The notes under the pieces are model-generated. The model was not told the origin of the DNA. It did no database searches and worked only from the letters and a program-made list of their open reading frames with translations. From Bdellovibrionota bacterium (lineage in GTDB: Bacteria; Bdellovibrionota_C; UBA2361; JBGSMV01): DNA of 30,518 nucleotides. Positions 1-9,900 of this stretch are shown in pieces (position 1 is the first letter of the stretch; each line of letters starts with the position of its first letter). The position numbers and the translations under genes were made by a program. The stretch spans positions 1-30,518 of the forward strand of contig JBIKWF010000046.1 of NCBI GenBank assembly GCA_044356455.1, read 5' to 3'.

Positions 1-150
1 TCTTAAGAATGAGCTCGACATAGCCTGGAGAAACGCGCGCTCGGTTGTTTTTTCTGTCTGCGTCCATGGCTGTTCTGACATAGGTTAGAGGTCGCAAATG
101 GAGTTATGGCCCGCCGGGTAGAGAACGTCAGATGCAGCGACTTTCCCCCT
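1..150. repeat. Direct repeat copy 1 (truncated by window edge) of 6404-6553
   Basis: Positions 1-101 are identical to 6504-6504 offset 6403 (i.e. 6404-6504), with a few mismatches afterwards. Both copies are followed by a degenerate GAGCCCC.GCG.AGGGAG element end. Confidence 0.95.
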
Positions 151-376
151 GAGGAGGAGTGAGCCCCAGCGCAGGGAGCGACGAATATAAGCGTACTTGG
201 CCTCAGTATCGGATAGGTACAATATTTTCGTTCTAGAGAACTTTGAATCCGAATTTGCAGGTGGGTGAACCTCCCTTCGCTAAGATGAAGGACTGCATTC
301 TTTGCCATTCTTCTCCTACGAAGAGCTGAGAAGATTTTATAGCGCCCCATAACTTTCTCTGCGAGTATCTCACCAC

Positions 377-1015
377 ATGACTATCCAGGAGTTCCTTCCA
401 AAATATATTCTTGGCTGGAATTGCTACTGCCTCTTTGCCGCTGGACTCATCGTCCTTTACCGAAAGCGTCTGGCCGAAGAAATTCCTCTTTATCTGAGCT
501 TCCTTTTTGTAAAATGGAAGCTGCTCATCTTTTTGCCCGCGTGCCTTTTCGTAACCTTCACGGGACCGTTCACCGATGATGAGACCTGGGACATGATTTC
601 TGGCGGCGGCATGTCGGTTCTTACTTTCCTAACCGCGCCCTGGGCAATTGGAACGATATACAAAGTGCGGCGCTTTGAGCGGCCAGTAGCTTACGGGTTC
701 ATTGCGGTAGCGCTTTGGCTTTTCTCGAGCAGCTGGTTCTATGACGGGTATCTTTTGCTTCGTGATGGCAGTTACACGAATCGCTGGATTGGAAACTTAA
801 TCTTATCCCCGCAGATTTACCTATGCGCCGGTCTATTGTGGAATCTTGAGACAAACGCCGAGGGAAAGATTCGCCTTGGGCATACCCGAAAAGACTGGCC
901 AGCCCCTCCGCCCCCGCAGGACAACTCCTCGCTCCTTCCGATTCTCTGGGCAGCGATTCCCTTAATCCTCATTGCGGCCTATATCATTGTTGCTTTTGTG
1001 GGGTGGCACTTTTAG
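377..1015 (+). CDS. Hypothetical integral membrane protein (212 aa)
   Basis: ATG-started ORF with several hydrophobic, aromatic-rich segments; no family recognised. Confidence 0.8.
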   Translation: MTIQEFLPKYILGWNCYCLFAAGLIVLYRKRLAEEIPLYLSFLFVKWKLLIFLPACLFVTFTGPFTDDETWDMISGGGMSVLTFLTAPWAIGTIYKVRRFERPVAYGFIAVALWLFSSSWFYDGYLLLRDGSYTNRWIGNLILSPQIYLCAGLLWNLETNAEGKIRLGHTRKDWPAPPPPQDNSSLLPILWAAIPLILIAAYIIVAFVGWHF

Positions 1016-1232
1016 CCTGGTCTTCTCACGGACCCGGAGGGATCCCGTGAAATTCCCTAGGTTTAGCTCTCCCGATTATTAGAGAAAATTGATCCTCTTT
1101 TCATTGATGCAGCATTGCATAATTGGGCGAGCAATACTCGCCCCTTCGGTAACATTCAATTGTAAACAACTGCGCGCGTCTCTATGCTTTACGAAGCCTG
1201 CAAGCCGGCATAACGAAGAGCACTAATGTAAT

Positions 1233-1589
1233 TTGGTGAATCGCATGAACAGGCTTCAACCGCAAAAGAACCAAGGGCAGCTAAGAATTCCGGGGCTTGA
1301 TTTAGGGTCGTCTGCCGCTTTGGTGCTGAATGGCTTAAGGGATATTCTTAAAGCTGATGAGGGCCGAAGAATGGACTTGGACGCTATCCAAGTTGTGGCT
1401 ATACCCCTGGGCGATGGGAAATATACAATTGCTGCGGCGCGACCAGAAGATTTTTCTAGCCCCGAGGTTGCAGGAATCGCACGTAGAGGAATCGCCTTTG
1501 CAATTATTGGTCAAAACGAAAGGCTTTTGGTTGCGTACGATCCAGACCGAGCGTCCTTCACCGCGGACACAACAACATCGGCGAAATAG
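1233..1589 (+). CDS. Hypothetical protein (~114-118 aa; start may be the ATG at 1245)
   Basis: Protein-like composition; fills the gap between co-oriented genes. Confidence 0.55.
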   Translation: MVNRMNRLQPQKNQGQLRIPGLDLGSSAALVLNGLRDILKADEGRRMDLDAIQVVAIPLGDGKYTIAAARPEDFSSPEVAGIARRGIAFAIIGQNERLLVAYDPDRASFTADTTTSAK

Positions 1590-1686
1590 TCCTTCGTGGG
1601 ATCACCTGCAAATGCAGCGCTCTATCCGCGGTACTCTTCACTTGTAGCGCACAGTTGAGACAGTCGAAGTTATTAAAGGGGGATGA

Positions 1687-2367
1687 ATGGGAGGAATGCC
1701 TAAAGAGTGGCGAAACGGATTGCTTCTTGTCGCCAGTGTGGCGGTGATAGCTTTCGTAGAGCGCATGATCGACGAAGCGCCGATTCCACTCGCAGCTTAC
1801 GGAGTCTTCTTTGGTGCCGCGGCCTTTCTATTGGTGCATGCAATCAAGACTTTGACGAAGCTTAAAACATTAAGAGAGCACTGCTCTTGGGTTGGAGGAG
1901 TGCTGCTACTTCTCGCCTGGGGCGCTACTTTCGGCGGGGAGAGACGTTTCTGGCTTTACCCCAGTCAATCATGGGCAATTATTTCGCTCATTATTTCCTT
2001 TGGGATTATCCTTATTACCTGTGTTCGATGGAGGCTTTTTACGAAGCCACTCCACCTCGCGGTAGCTGCCCTGCTTGGAGGCTCGATGCTTTGGCTGCCA
2101 CTACGCCACGGAGCCCAATTGCTTTGGCAAGGTTCAGAGGACGTACTGCGAGCTGATATCGTTTCGGAAAGAATCGCGGAACGACCTGGAAGATTCAAAT
2201 GCCCTCGATCGGTGTTGCTTGAGTTTCGCCTACGCGGACAGTCGCTTTGGGTCTGCGAAGATCACGCGCGGGAAATCCCCGCTAAGGACGGGCATGAGGT
2301 CGACGTGAGCGTTCGAGTATCGCCGCTCGGTATTCGACTTTTATCTATTCAGAGAGTTCCCAAGTAA
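1687..2367 (+). CDS. Hypothetical membrane protein (226 aa)
   Basis: About 5 hydrophobic helices followed by a soluble C-terminal domain; purine-rich RBS-like sequence upstream. Confidence 0.75.
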   Translation: MGGMPKEWRNGLLLVASVAVIAFVERMIDEAPIPLAAYGVFFGAAAFLLVHAIKTLTKLKTLREHCSWVGGVLLLLAWGATFGGERRFWLYPSQSWAIISLIISFGIILITCVRWRLFTKPLHLAVAALLGGSMLWLPLRHGAQLLWQGSEDVLRADIVSERIAERPGRFKCPRSVLLEFRLRGQSLWVCEDHAREIPAKDGHEVDVSVRVSPLGIRLLSIQRVPK

Positions 2368-2406
2368 AGCAAAGTTCGGGTGTGTGCTGGGGCTTCTATC
2401 GGGGGG

Positions 2407-2521
2407 CTAGGAGTCTGTCCCGTAGAAACATAAATCTTCATTTCGGACACAATCCGTAGGTGGGCTGTCCCGCTGCCACCACAGCATGTAGTGGTGAGAT
2501 TTCTACGGGACAGACTCCTAG
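2407..2521. mobile_element. MITE-like element: perfect terminal inverted repeats flanked by CTAG
   Basis: CTAGGAGTCTGTCCCGTAGAAA (2407-2428) is the exact reverse complement of TTTCTACGGGACAGACTCCTAG (2500-2521). The interior is non-coding, and the element lies between convergent genes. Confidence 0.7.
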
Positions 2522-2550
2522 CCTCGCTATAGGAAGTTAAAGGGGTGTTT

Positions 2551-4362
2551 CTAACGCACCGTTGCCAACACCGGGCAGCTCCTAACCGTGCGCCTTTTCA
2601 CTATCTCTGCATACGAGAACTCCCAGCGTCCGGCTTTGAGCTTCTGAAAAGAAAAGGTAAGCGCTCTCGATCTAGTAGCTTTTACTGAGCCATTTACCGC
2701 CTTTCGTTTAGGGCCACCAATTGGTTTCGCGGTGAACCGGTACGTAGCACCCTTACGAGCGGGCACAGTAAACGTAGCCTTACTTCGGGTGACTCGCAGC
2801 CTTGGAACACCGAGTGCGCTCACACATCCAACATCAACCGAAACAGTCGGGGTGACGCTCGGCGTGCCAGCGACATTAACGGTTGGGTTAGGTGTAACCG
2901 TCGGCGAACTCGTGGCAGAGGGGGCCTGGGTTGCCGTACCGGTGCTTGTCGGCGTCGGTGTAATAGTCGGCGTGTGCGTTGGCGTGGCGGTAGTAGTAGG
3001 CGTTGGGGTTGGAATCAGCAGCGTGACATTTTGAGCTACATCTTTCGACGCGGGATTGCCCGCGGTATCACGGTACGAAAGCTCAATATCGTAGCTGCCC
3101 TCGGGAATCGGAAAGCCAGAAGAGACAGTCACAAAGCCGCCCGAATTAATATCGGCACCGAAGGGCTCTATTGATGTGGTAATTCTTGAAAAGTCTTGCA
3201 GCGTCATCGACGCTACCGTCGTGTCGGCCTGTTTTAGCTGCACACTAATCGAGCCTGAGAGTGGAGTTTCTCCTAAGAAATAGGCAAGCGGGAAGCTACT
3301 CACATGCACCGCATTTGAATTAGGCGACTCAAGAATCGGAGAGACGGTGCCGTACTGAAATGAAAGAAACAGCGCGCGGTAGCCAAGATCCGAAATCACA
3401 TCGGTGGCGTTTGTGCCATCGGGATTGGCGCGCCGGAGCTTTCCCGGAGGTGGGCTCAGGCCAAACCCAGGATCAGGATCAGCAAACTCTACCCAATAAA
3501 TCTGGTTTGTGTCCGGCTCATAATCGATATCGAATCGTCGATGAGTAAAATCAATTGTCGGGCCTATTACTCCAGTGAGATCTGTCGGATTGCCGCCCTC
3601 CAAACTTGCGGTCCAAATCTGATTGTTGTCCAGGGTATAGAATATCCGGTTGTGAATATAATCGACCGCGACCCCATTGACGCCAGACGAAGCGGATATG
3701 ATCCGCTGACTACCCGAGCCATCAAGATTAACGCGCGTTATTATCGAGGATGATGGGCTCGCGACATAGAGCGTGCGCCGAATCGGATCAATCTCCATAT
3801 CAAAAGGCCTACCAACCTCGTTATCAGGCGAAGTAGCTAGTGTTTGAGGCGCATTTAGAGGCGGGTTGCCGTCGACTAAAGGATTGACGCTACTTGCAAA
3901 CTTAACGACCGAATTACTGGTATCTGGGTAGTAAAGAATTCTCTCCGCACCATCGATCGCAAAGCCGCCAAAAATGTCATGCTCAGGCAAGTTAGAGAAT
4001 GGGAGGGGTCGCTGGAGCACCACCTGATTAGAGTTGTCGGGGTTAACGCTGTAGATCTCATTAAAGCGGCTCACTTGGTTGAGCTCAGTGAGAAAAAACT
4101 TATCGGTGGTCGAGTCAAATTCACAGCCGCGGAGGTACGAGTCACCCCCGGTTCGGACTACCACTGGGTTAGTTCCATCAAAGTCGAAGCTCCTCACCTT
4201 TGCAAAATCCGTTACCGGAAGAGCAAACGTTCCATCGCTACAAACAAAAATCTTGCTTGGAACCGCTGCGGCGCTACCGGCACACAGAAGAGTCCCCGCG
4301 ATAAGCAACGGAGAGAGAGATACACTCGCTAGAAGGGCTTGAACTTTCCCTGAAATTTTCAT
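2551..4362 (-). CDS. Secreted beta-propeller protein (YWTD/LDL-receptor-like repeats) with Pro/Thr linker and basic C-terminal domain
   Basis: Probable start MKISGKVQ (4362) with a signal peptide ending ...AGSAAA. Repeats such as AIDGAERILYY, EIDPIRRTLYV, AVDYIHNRIFY, DYEPDTNQIYWV and RRANPDGT; PTPTPT linker. Confidence 0.8.
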   Translation of the reverse strand: MKISGKVQALLASVSLSPLLIAGTLLCAGSAAAVPSKIFVCSDGTFALPVTDFAKVRSFDFDGTNPVVVRTGGDSYLRGCEFDSTTDKFFLTELNQVSRFNEIYSVNPDNSNQVVLQRPLPFSNLPEHDIFGGFAIDGAERILYYPDTSNSVVKFASSVNPLVDGNPPLNAPQTLATSPDNEVGRPFDMEIDPIRRTLYVASPSSSIITRVNLDGSGSQRIISASSGVNGVAVDYIHNRIFYTLDNNQIWTASLEGGNPTDLTGVIGPTIDFTHRRFDIDYEPDTNQIYWVEFADPDPGFGLSPPPGKLRRANPDGTNATDVISDLGYRALFLSFQYGTVSPILESPNSNAVHVSSFPLAYFLGETPLSGSISVQLKQADTTVASMTLQDFSRITTSIEPFGADINSGGFVTVSSGFPIPEGSYDIELSYRDTAGNPASKDVAQNVTLLIPTPTPTTTATPTHTPTITPTPTSTGTATQAPSATSSPTVTPNPTVNVAGTPSVTPTVSVDVGCVSALGVPRLRVTRSKATFTVPARKGATYRFTAKPIGGPKRKAVNGSVKATRSRALTFSFQKLKAGRWEFSYAEIVKRRTVRSCPVLATVR

Positions 4363-4534
4363 TTTTCGCCTGCCAAACTTACTTGAGAAATTGAACTGTC
4401 TAGGAAGCGCTCCACACGAGCCGCAAGACCACACCTCGAAAAAGGCCTCATCAGAGAGTCCGTGGTCAGAGGACCCCAACTAATGGGCCAACCCGGCCCC
4501 TACTCTGACCCCTTGCGCGAAAGTAATCAACCGG

Positions 4535-4562
4535 CAGCGGGCGTAGCCCCGGTACAGGGAGT
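4535..4562 (+). repeat. Intergenic element, right-end motif only
   Basis: GCGGGCGTAGCCCCGGTACAGGGAGT, matching the family right end (20771-20797 subtype). Confidence 0.85.
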
Positions 4563-4702
4563 CTTAACCATCGATTCCATACTTACCCATAATGTGAGGC
4601 ATTTCAGAGGCATATCGAAGTAGGCTCTTAGCGCACACATTTTGAAATGTGCTAATAACACTGTTAGCTACTGAATTGGCAAACCATATTTTTAGGAACT
4701 TT

Positions 4703-5842
4703 ATGCTTCTACAAAATACCCCCACTGCTCCTGAAGCCATCGTAGCGGCCGCGGATCCGTCTTTGCAACGGGCGGCGTCAGCCCCTCCCTCTACCTTTTT
4801 TACGGAGCGCCCTACTACGGGAGATTCCCTTCGGGATGCGGCACAGCGCGCGGCGACCACCCCACTCATTGCACCTGCCCAATCCAAGCAACCAGTCGAG
4901 AGCTCTCTCCCTGTCGCTATCGAAGAGTTCAGAGTGATTGGCCATAGTTTCGGTTTAACTGGGAAATCGGGAATGCCGTCGGGACTCAGCATAAAGTACC
5001 GCGATCCGGAATCCGGCAAAGAGCTAGTATTCCCTTTATTGAATGGCGAGAGTTCTCTCAGGGGCCATGAAGGAGGGATTGCGAGCGTGAAACTCACGGG
5101 AGTTCGGGCGAAGCCGGATGAGTCGACTCTCCCTCCCGGGAGCCTCTCGTTCTGGCCCAAAGATGCTGTGTGTTCTGTAGAATTCGGTGTGTACAACTCA
5201 AGCAAGCGATTTGTGTACGACGGCAGAATCTATCTCGATAGTAAGGGCTCTCCGGTCGGCGTGGGCATGCATTTTTCCAATACCTTCTCATTTCGCAGAT
5301 TGCACGACTCAAATGTTGTCGACCCGCAGGAATTAATTAATGGGCCAGAAGTACTGGGAACTCGTTTCGCAAAGATATTGGACGCGGAAGCTTCCCCGCA
5401 GAATCTTGCTGAACTAAGGTCAATTATTGCGCGGCCAGATTTTCCGAACATCCTCGAAGCCGCTCAGGCCCATGGACAGGTAGGTGCGTATCTTACCAAA
5501 GAACCGATCACCCACCTTGCCGCCTTCGCTATTCAACTGCGAGAAAAGTATCCCCAACTGCGGACAGAGGACATAGCGAGTCCCGCAAGTATCGCTCTTG
5601 CAACGCAAATTCACGAAAATACGGAAAAATATTTCGGCCGAGGAAAGAAACCAATTGAGAATCTTTTAGCGGTGGCCTCTCCTGATACGCGTTTTGTAGG
5701 CGCACTCGCTTACGAGCATATGTACGCAGGGACCCGAGAGTCCAGAAATGCGACCTTGTTCGAAACCCTGAACCGTTTGTACGGCCAAGCCCCCAATACG
5801 GGCGCCTGTCCCGCTTACTATGCGATGATTAACAGGCCGTAG
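4703..5842 (+). CDS. Hypothetical protein (~379 aa)
   Basis: Long ORF; ATG at 4703 preceded by AGGA; low-complexity N-terminus; no family recognised. Confidence 0.75.
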   Translation: MLLQNTPTAPEAIVAAADPSLQRAASAPPSTFFTERPTTGDSLRDAAQRAATTPLIAPAQSKQPVESSLPVAIEEFRVIGHSFGLTGKSGMPSGLSIKYRDPESGKELVFPLLNGESSLRGHEGGIASVKLTGVRAKPDESTLPPGSLSFWPKDAVCSVEFGVYNSSKRFVYDGRIYLDSKGSPVGVGMHFSNTFSFRRLHDSNVVDPQELINGPEVLGTRFAKILDAEASPQNLAELRSIIARPDFPNILEAAQAHGQVGAYLTKEPITHLAAFAIQLREKYPQLRTEDIASPASIALATQIHENTEKYFGRGKKPIENLLAVASPDTRFVGALAYEHMYAGTRESRNATLFETLNRLYGQAPNTGACPAYYAMINRP

Positions 5843-5951
5843 TGAGAAGTCCAGAAGGTAGATGGCCAACACCTAAGCTCCCTGAGCGGACCGAGCACAG
5901 CAGATTAGCAAACCAGGAGCTGAAGTACTTCGGGTTTCTAATTCTAAAATT

Positions 5952-6225
5952 CTAACCTGTGCCGAGGCTGCTTTTTACTTCGCATACTAGGAACCTTTCC
6001 CCCCGTCCCCTACCGTCTCCTAAAGGAGGCGCCAGGTGACGGGCAAGGTCGCGGCCCCTTTAGGGGACGGACAAGGTCGCGGCCCCTTTAGGGGACGGAG
6101 CACACAAGTATTCAGAGTTCGAGATTTTACAGACTTCTTCGCCGCGAGCCTCCGCCGCCTCGACCGACAGTGCGGTGGGGCCACTTCAGCACACGGCGGA
6201 GAGAGTAGCCCCGGTACAGGGAGTT
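5952..6225 (+). repeat. Full composite intergenic element A (2 forward REP-like units)
   Basis: Left arm CTAACCTGTGCCGAGGCTGC, 2x GGTCGCGGCCCCTTTAGGGGACGGA, conserved middle block, right end GTAGCCCCGGTACAGGGAGTT (6205-6225). Confidence 0.9.
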
Positions 6226-6470
6226 AAAGCTAAGGCTGGTTCGCATACGCGGTCAGGCACCAGATCTCCTTCCAACCTGCGATTTACTATCAGTCGTGTG
6301 AGAACGAGGGGGATAGCTTTGAGGAGAAGCTTGCTAGCCTGTTCTTCGACGCTGAGCTCAGTGGGAACAGGGGGAAGTCGGCCTTCGCGCATTTCCCGCG
6401 CATTCTTAAGAATGAGCTCGACATAGCCTGGAGAAACGCGCGCTCGGTTGTTTTTTCTGTCTGCGTCCAT
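6186..6470 (-). CDS. Possible small hypothetical protein (MDADRKNN...), duplicated at the window start
   Basis: ATG at 6470; the same N-terminus starts at position 67 in the other copy. The 3' end reads into element A, so it may be truncated or spurious. Confidence 0.35.
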   Translation of the reverse strand: MDADRKNNRARVSPGYVELILKNAREMREGRLPPVPTELSVEEQASKLLLKAIPLVLTRLIVNRRLEGDLVPDRVCEPALALTPCTGATLSAVC

Positions 6471-6592
6471 GGCTGTTCTGACATAGGTTAGAGGTCGCAA
6501 ATGGGGTTATGGCCCGCCGGGTAAAGAACGTCAGATGCGGCGCCTTTCCCCCTCGTGGTACCTGCGGAGCAGCGAGCCCCGGCGTAGGGAGT
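6404..6592. repeat. Direct repeat copy 2 of 1-150, plus degenerate element right end (6574-6592)
   Basis: Direct sequence identity with the window start; ends GAGCCCCGGCGTAGGGAGT. Confidence 0.95.
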
Positions 6593-6905
6593 GAAACCCC
6601 TTCCAGTTCCACGTAATTTTTTCAGTCGCCTCGTGCAGTTAGGTGTGCCAGGCCCACGGGAAAAGATAGTGCCCGATTACGGCACATCTTCATGAAAGGC
6701 CTCATATCACTCTCATTAGGAATCGCACTAAGGGGAGGCCATGGCTCCCGGTAGCGCAGTGGCTTCCAAGAGAATGGTCAAATAATCGATCCATAAGGCA
6801 AAGCGAACTAACCACGTCACGGCAACTCTTGACCCACTAACCCGTCCCTTGGCCCGGCGCCCCTGAAATAGGGCCCATAACGATCCCGGCGAGAACTAGA
6901 GCGGT

Positions 6906-9900
6906 ATGGCAAAGCATCATCAGAGGGAAAACCAGACTATTCGCGCAGCTGGAATTGATTCGATCAGAGCCGCCTTACATCAATTAGGCGGAGATGCGAA
7001 CTTTCAGGCTGGGAATGCAGATCAGGCCGTCAGGGCGACATTAGGGGCCCGCGAGAGTGTCTTCGAAAAAGGATGTGACCTTCTTACCCTTGCTTACCTG
7101 TGCGAGGGGAAAGCCCCAATTTTAGATGACGACCCCGCTCTGACTCAAGCGGCAATCGCGATTCTAACTGCAAGAATGCCAGACCAGGTTGAAATCCTCA
7201 GACACGAACTTGCGAAGCCGACCGAAGACCGGGCCCCGCTCGAGCGTCACGGAGCCAAACAAGCACCTGAACTTGCGCCGGTGGGTCTTAAAGCGGCGCT
7301 TCAGGCGATACTGCCGAACGAGCTCGAAACCTCGATTCGCGAAGAAGCGAGTAACGCGGCAAGAGCGGCCATCGAATCGGTCCGTTCCGAACTCGCCAAT
7401 AAGCCTCGGGACGATAATTCAGCAGAGCCCGCCCTTGCTCCTCGCCGTCCCTTAACACTCGATCAGTGGGGACAAAAGAACGAAAACTGGTCCGCGGGAA
7501 GTTGCAGTAGGCCCTACGAATATTTCCGCTGTAATTTTGACGGCAAAATTAGCGGTACAGAGTTACCATTCAGTACCGTAGGAGTGCTGTCAGCTCGTGT
7601 AACTCTGGATGGAGGCCTCACAACCATTCCGGTCGAAGATTATCTCTCTGCCCTTATGAAACGTACGCCGGACATCGCTTCGCTGCGAGACAAGCTTTTT
7701 CAGACCACCGCTCTTCCGGGGTTCAACTCGATTCCCGCGGGGGCTACGCAGATCGCATTCAGCGTCACCGCCGATTCAACTCGAAGGCTTCCTCTTCCCT
7801 TCGGATATCAGATCATCGGAATTAGGTTTCGCGATCAGAACGGCGGTGAAATTTCTGGGGGCTCAGTCGTTCAGAGTTGCCTTGGGGGCGCACACGTTGA
7901 AGTCCCGCCCTCTGTCTGCGCGATTCAATATCTTATTCGTCCTGCATCCGAGCAAGAGGCTTCGCGCAACCTGGAGCTTATCAAAGAACTCTGGACGGTA
8001 CTACCACGCCCCCCCGCACCTCTTACGAGAGAAAGTTTGACGCGCGACGCGATAATTAATCGCCTCTTTCGCACTCCTGAATCCAAAATCGAGGAAGCGC
8101 TAAAAGCGCTTTCGCGCGATAGCATCCCGCTTGGGTACTCGACGTTGCCCGTCGTGGCGAAATTGCACGAGCTCTATTCGAAAGACAGTGCAGGCTTCAT
8201 TCGCGGCTACCGCGTAGGCTCATGTCTTCACTTTAGTCTTCTTGCAATCGATTGTGCCCGTCGCTTCGGCGAGACCGGAATAGTTCTGGGCGGCCTGAAT
8301 GTAAGCGGAGACCAATTTCAAATTGACATAGGACATGCCGTCGCTCTTATCCCCAAAATGAAAGGATGGGGGCCCTTCGCACCAACCGATCTTACTTCAC
8401 TTGCTCGCTGGCCCAGGTATGAGTGGGAGCCGAAGACTCCAATGCGGGGAGTCAACATTGATGCCGGCGCAGAGCGAGCAGGACGCGAGCTGCGTGATTA
8501 CTGCGAGCCAGATTTTATTAGCCATGATTGGGAACACGAACACCCCATCACGCGGCAATCAGTCACTTTGTATATCGAAAACGCGCTCGCCTTTCAGGCC
8601 GCTTTAGAATCTGAGATGCCCTATCCACAACTAAATCGCTTTCTTCGTGAAGCCATTTTTACGAGTGGAGGGAACGCGGAGGTTTCATGCCAGGAATTCT
8701 ATAAGCTTCGGGATATCCCGCTTGGTGATGCTGTCATTGAGCGGCTTCTGCTAGAAACACCCTCGGTGGCCAACGTAGCCGCCGTTGCTAAGTTAATAGT
8801 TGATGCCGCGAAAACAGTTACGGAGCAAAAAGAGGAAATCTCAGGCCGCAATTTCCCCTTCTCCCTTAAGGCACTGACGACACTGTGCGCGCTTCCTGAG
8901 TTCTCCAAAATTGAAGAGACTCTTAGCGCTCCCGCGTTGCGCGTCCTGCTTGCCTTAAGAGGAACGAGCTTCGAGCAAAACAACGCTTCCTTCAGCACCA
9001 TCATTGCTCAGAATTCAGGATCGCTCCTCAAAGCGACCTCAAGCGATGATGCGTTAGCTTCAGAACTCGCGACCGGTTTAGTGAATTGTCTCGCACGCGG
9101 GCAACTAGACAGCGGGGAGGAACGAGCGATTATTGAGTGTTTGAAAGCTCTTGCGGAACAAGCTCCCGAGAAAATCGGAGGAGGCATCGCTCAGATAGTC
9201 TTTGAGTCGACCACATTGAGCGAAGGAGTTGCGTCAGAGTTCCGAAAACTCCTCGGTCACTCTAAAGTGAAATCTGGATTTATTACCAAGCTATCCGCCC
9301 AACTGAGGGACGATTTACCGACTGGGCAGACTCTGGAAACGCTCTTGCCCGAGGCTTTTTCCCTAGAACCTGCCGCAACAGAGATGACGCTTCAACTCTG
9401 CCAACATTACCATCGGAGGGTTCGCAAAAGTGCGGTAGCCTTCGGTCCTGAGATTGAGGGGAACCCTGCCCATATGCTTGCGCTCGCACATATGGGGAGA
9501 ACGGGTGCGGAGCTACTTTCTACTTTAAGAATCCTGTGCAAACACGGCGGCATAGACGCTGAGGCACTCAAGCGCACCTGGCCATCCCTTGCCGATTCCG
9601 ACGTTGCCGCCACAATTGTTGCAAAACTCGAAAAGTCAGAAAGCGATAGCCTGTATCATAATTTTCTGGACTCAGCCGGAGTTGCCATTTCTATTTCTGG
9701 CTTGGGAGCCTCCGGCGTAGAATGGAACACCACAGCCCTTGAAGAATTGTTTGGCCCACAGCACCCCTTGAGCGATTTGAGTCGTCACGTCGCGGCAGAA
9801 ATCCGCCCATGGTCAATCACGAACATCGATAGCCAGATTTGGCAGGATTTTGCTTCCGCATACCCGGGGGAGTGGCAAAAGTATCTAAACTTTGTGCGCG

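Noticed and set aside
2880..3012. Low-complexity repeat DNA
   Set aside because: Explained by the Pro/Thr linker of the minus-strand secreted protein.
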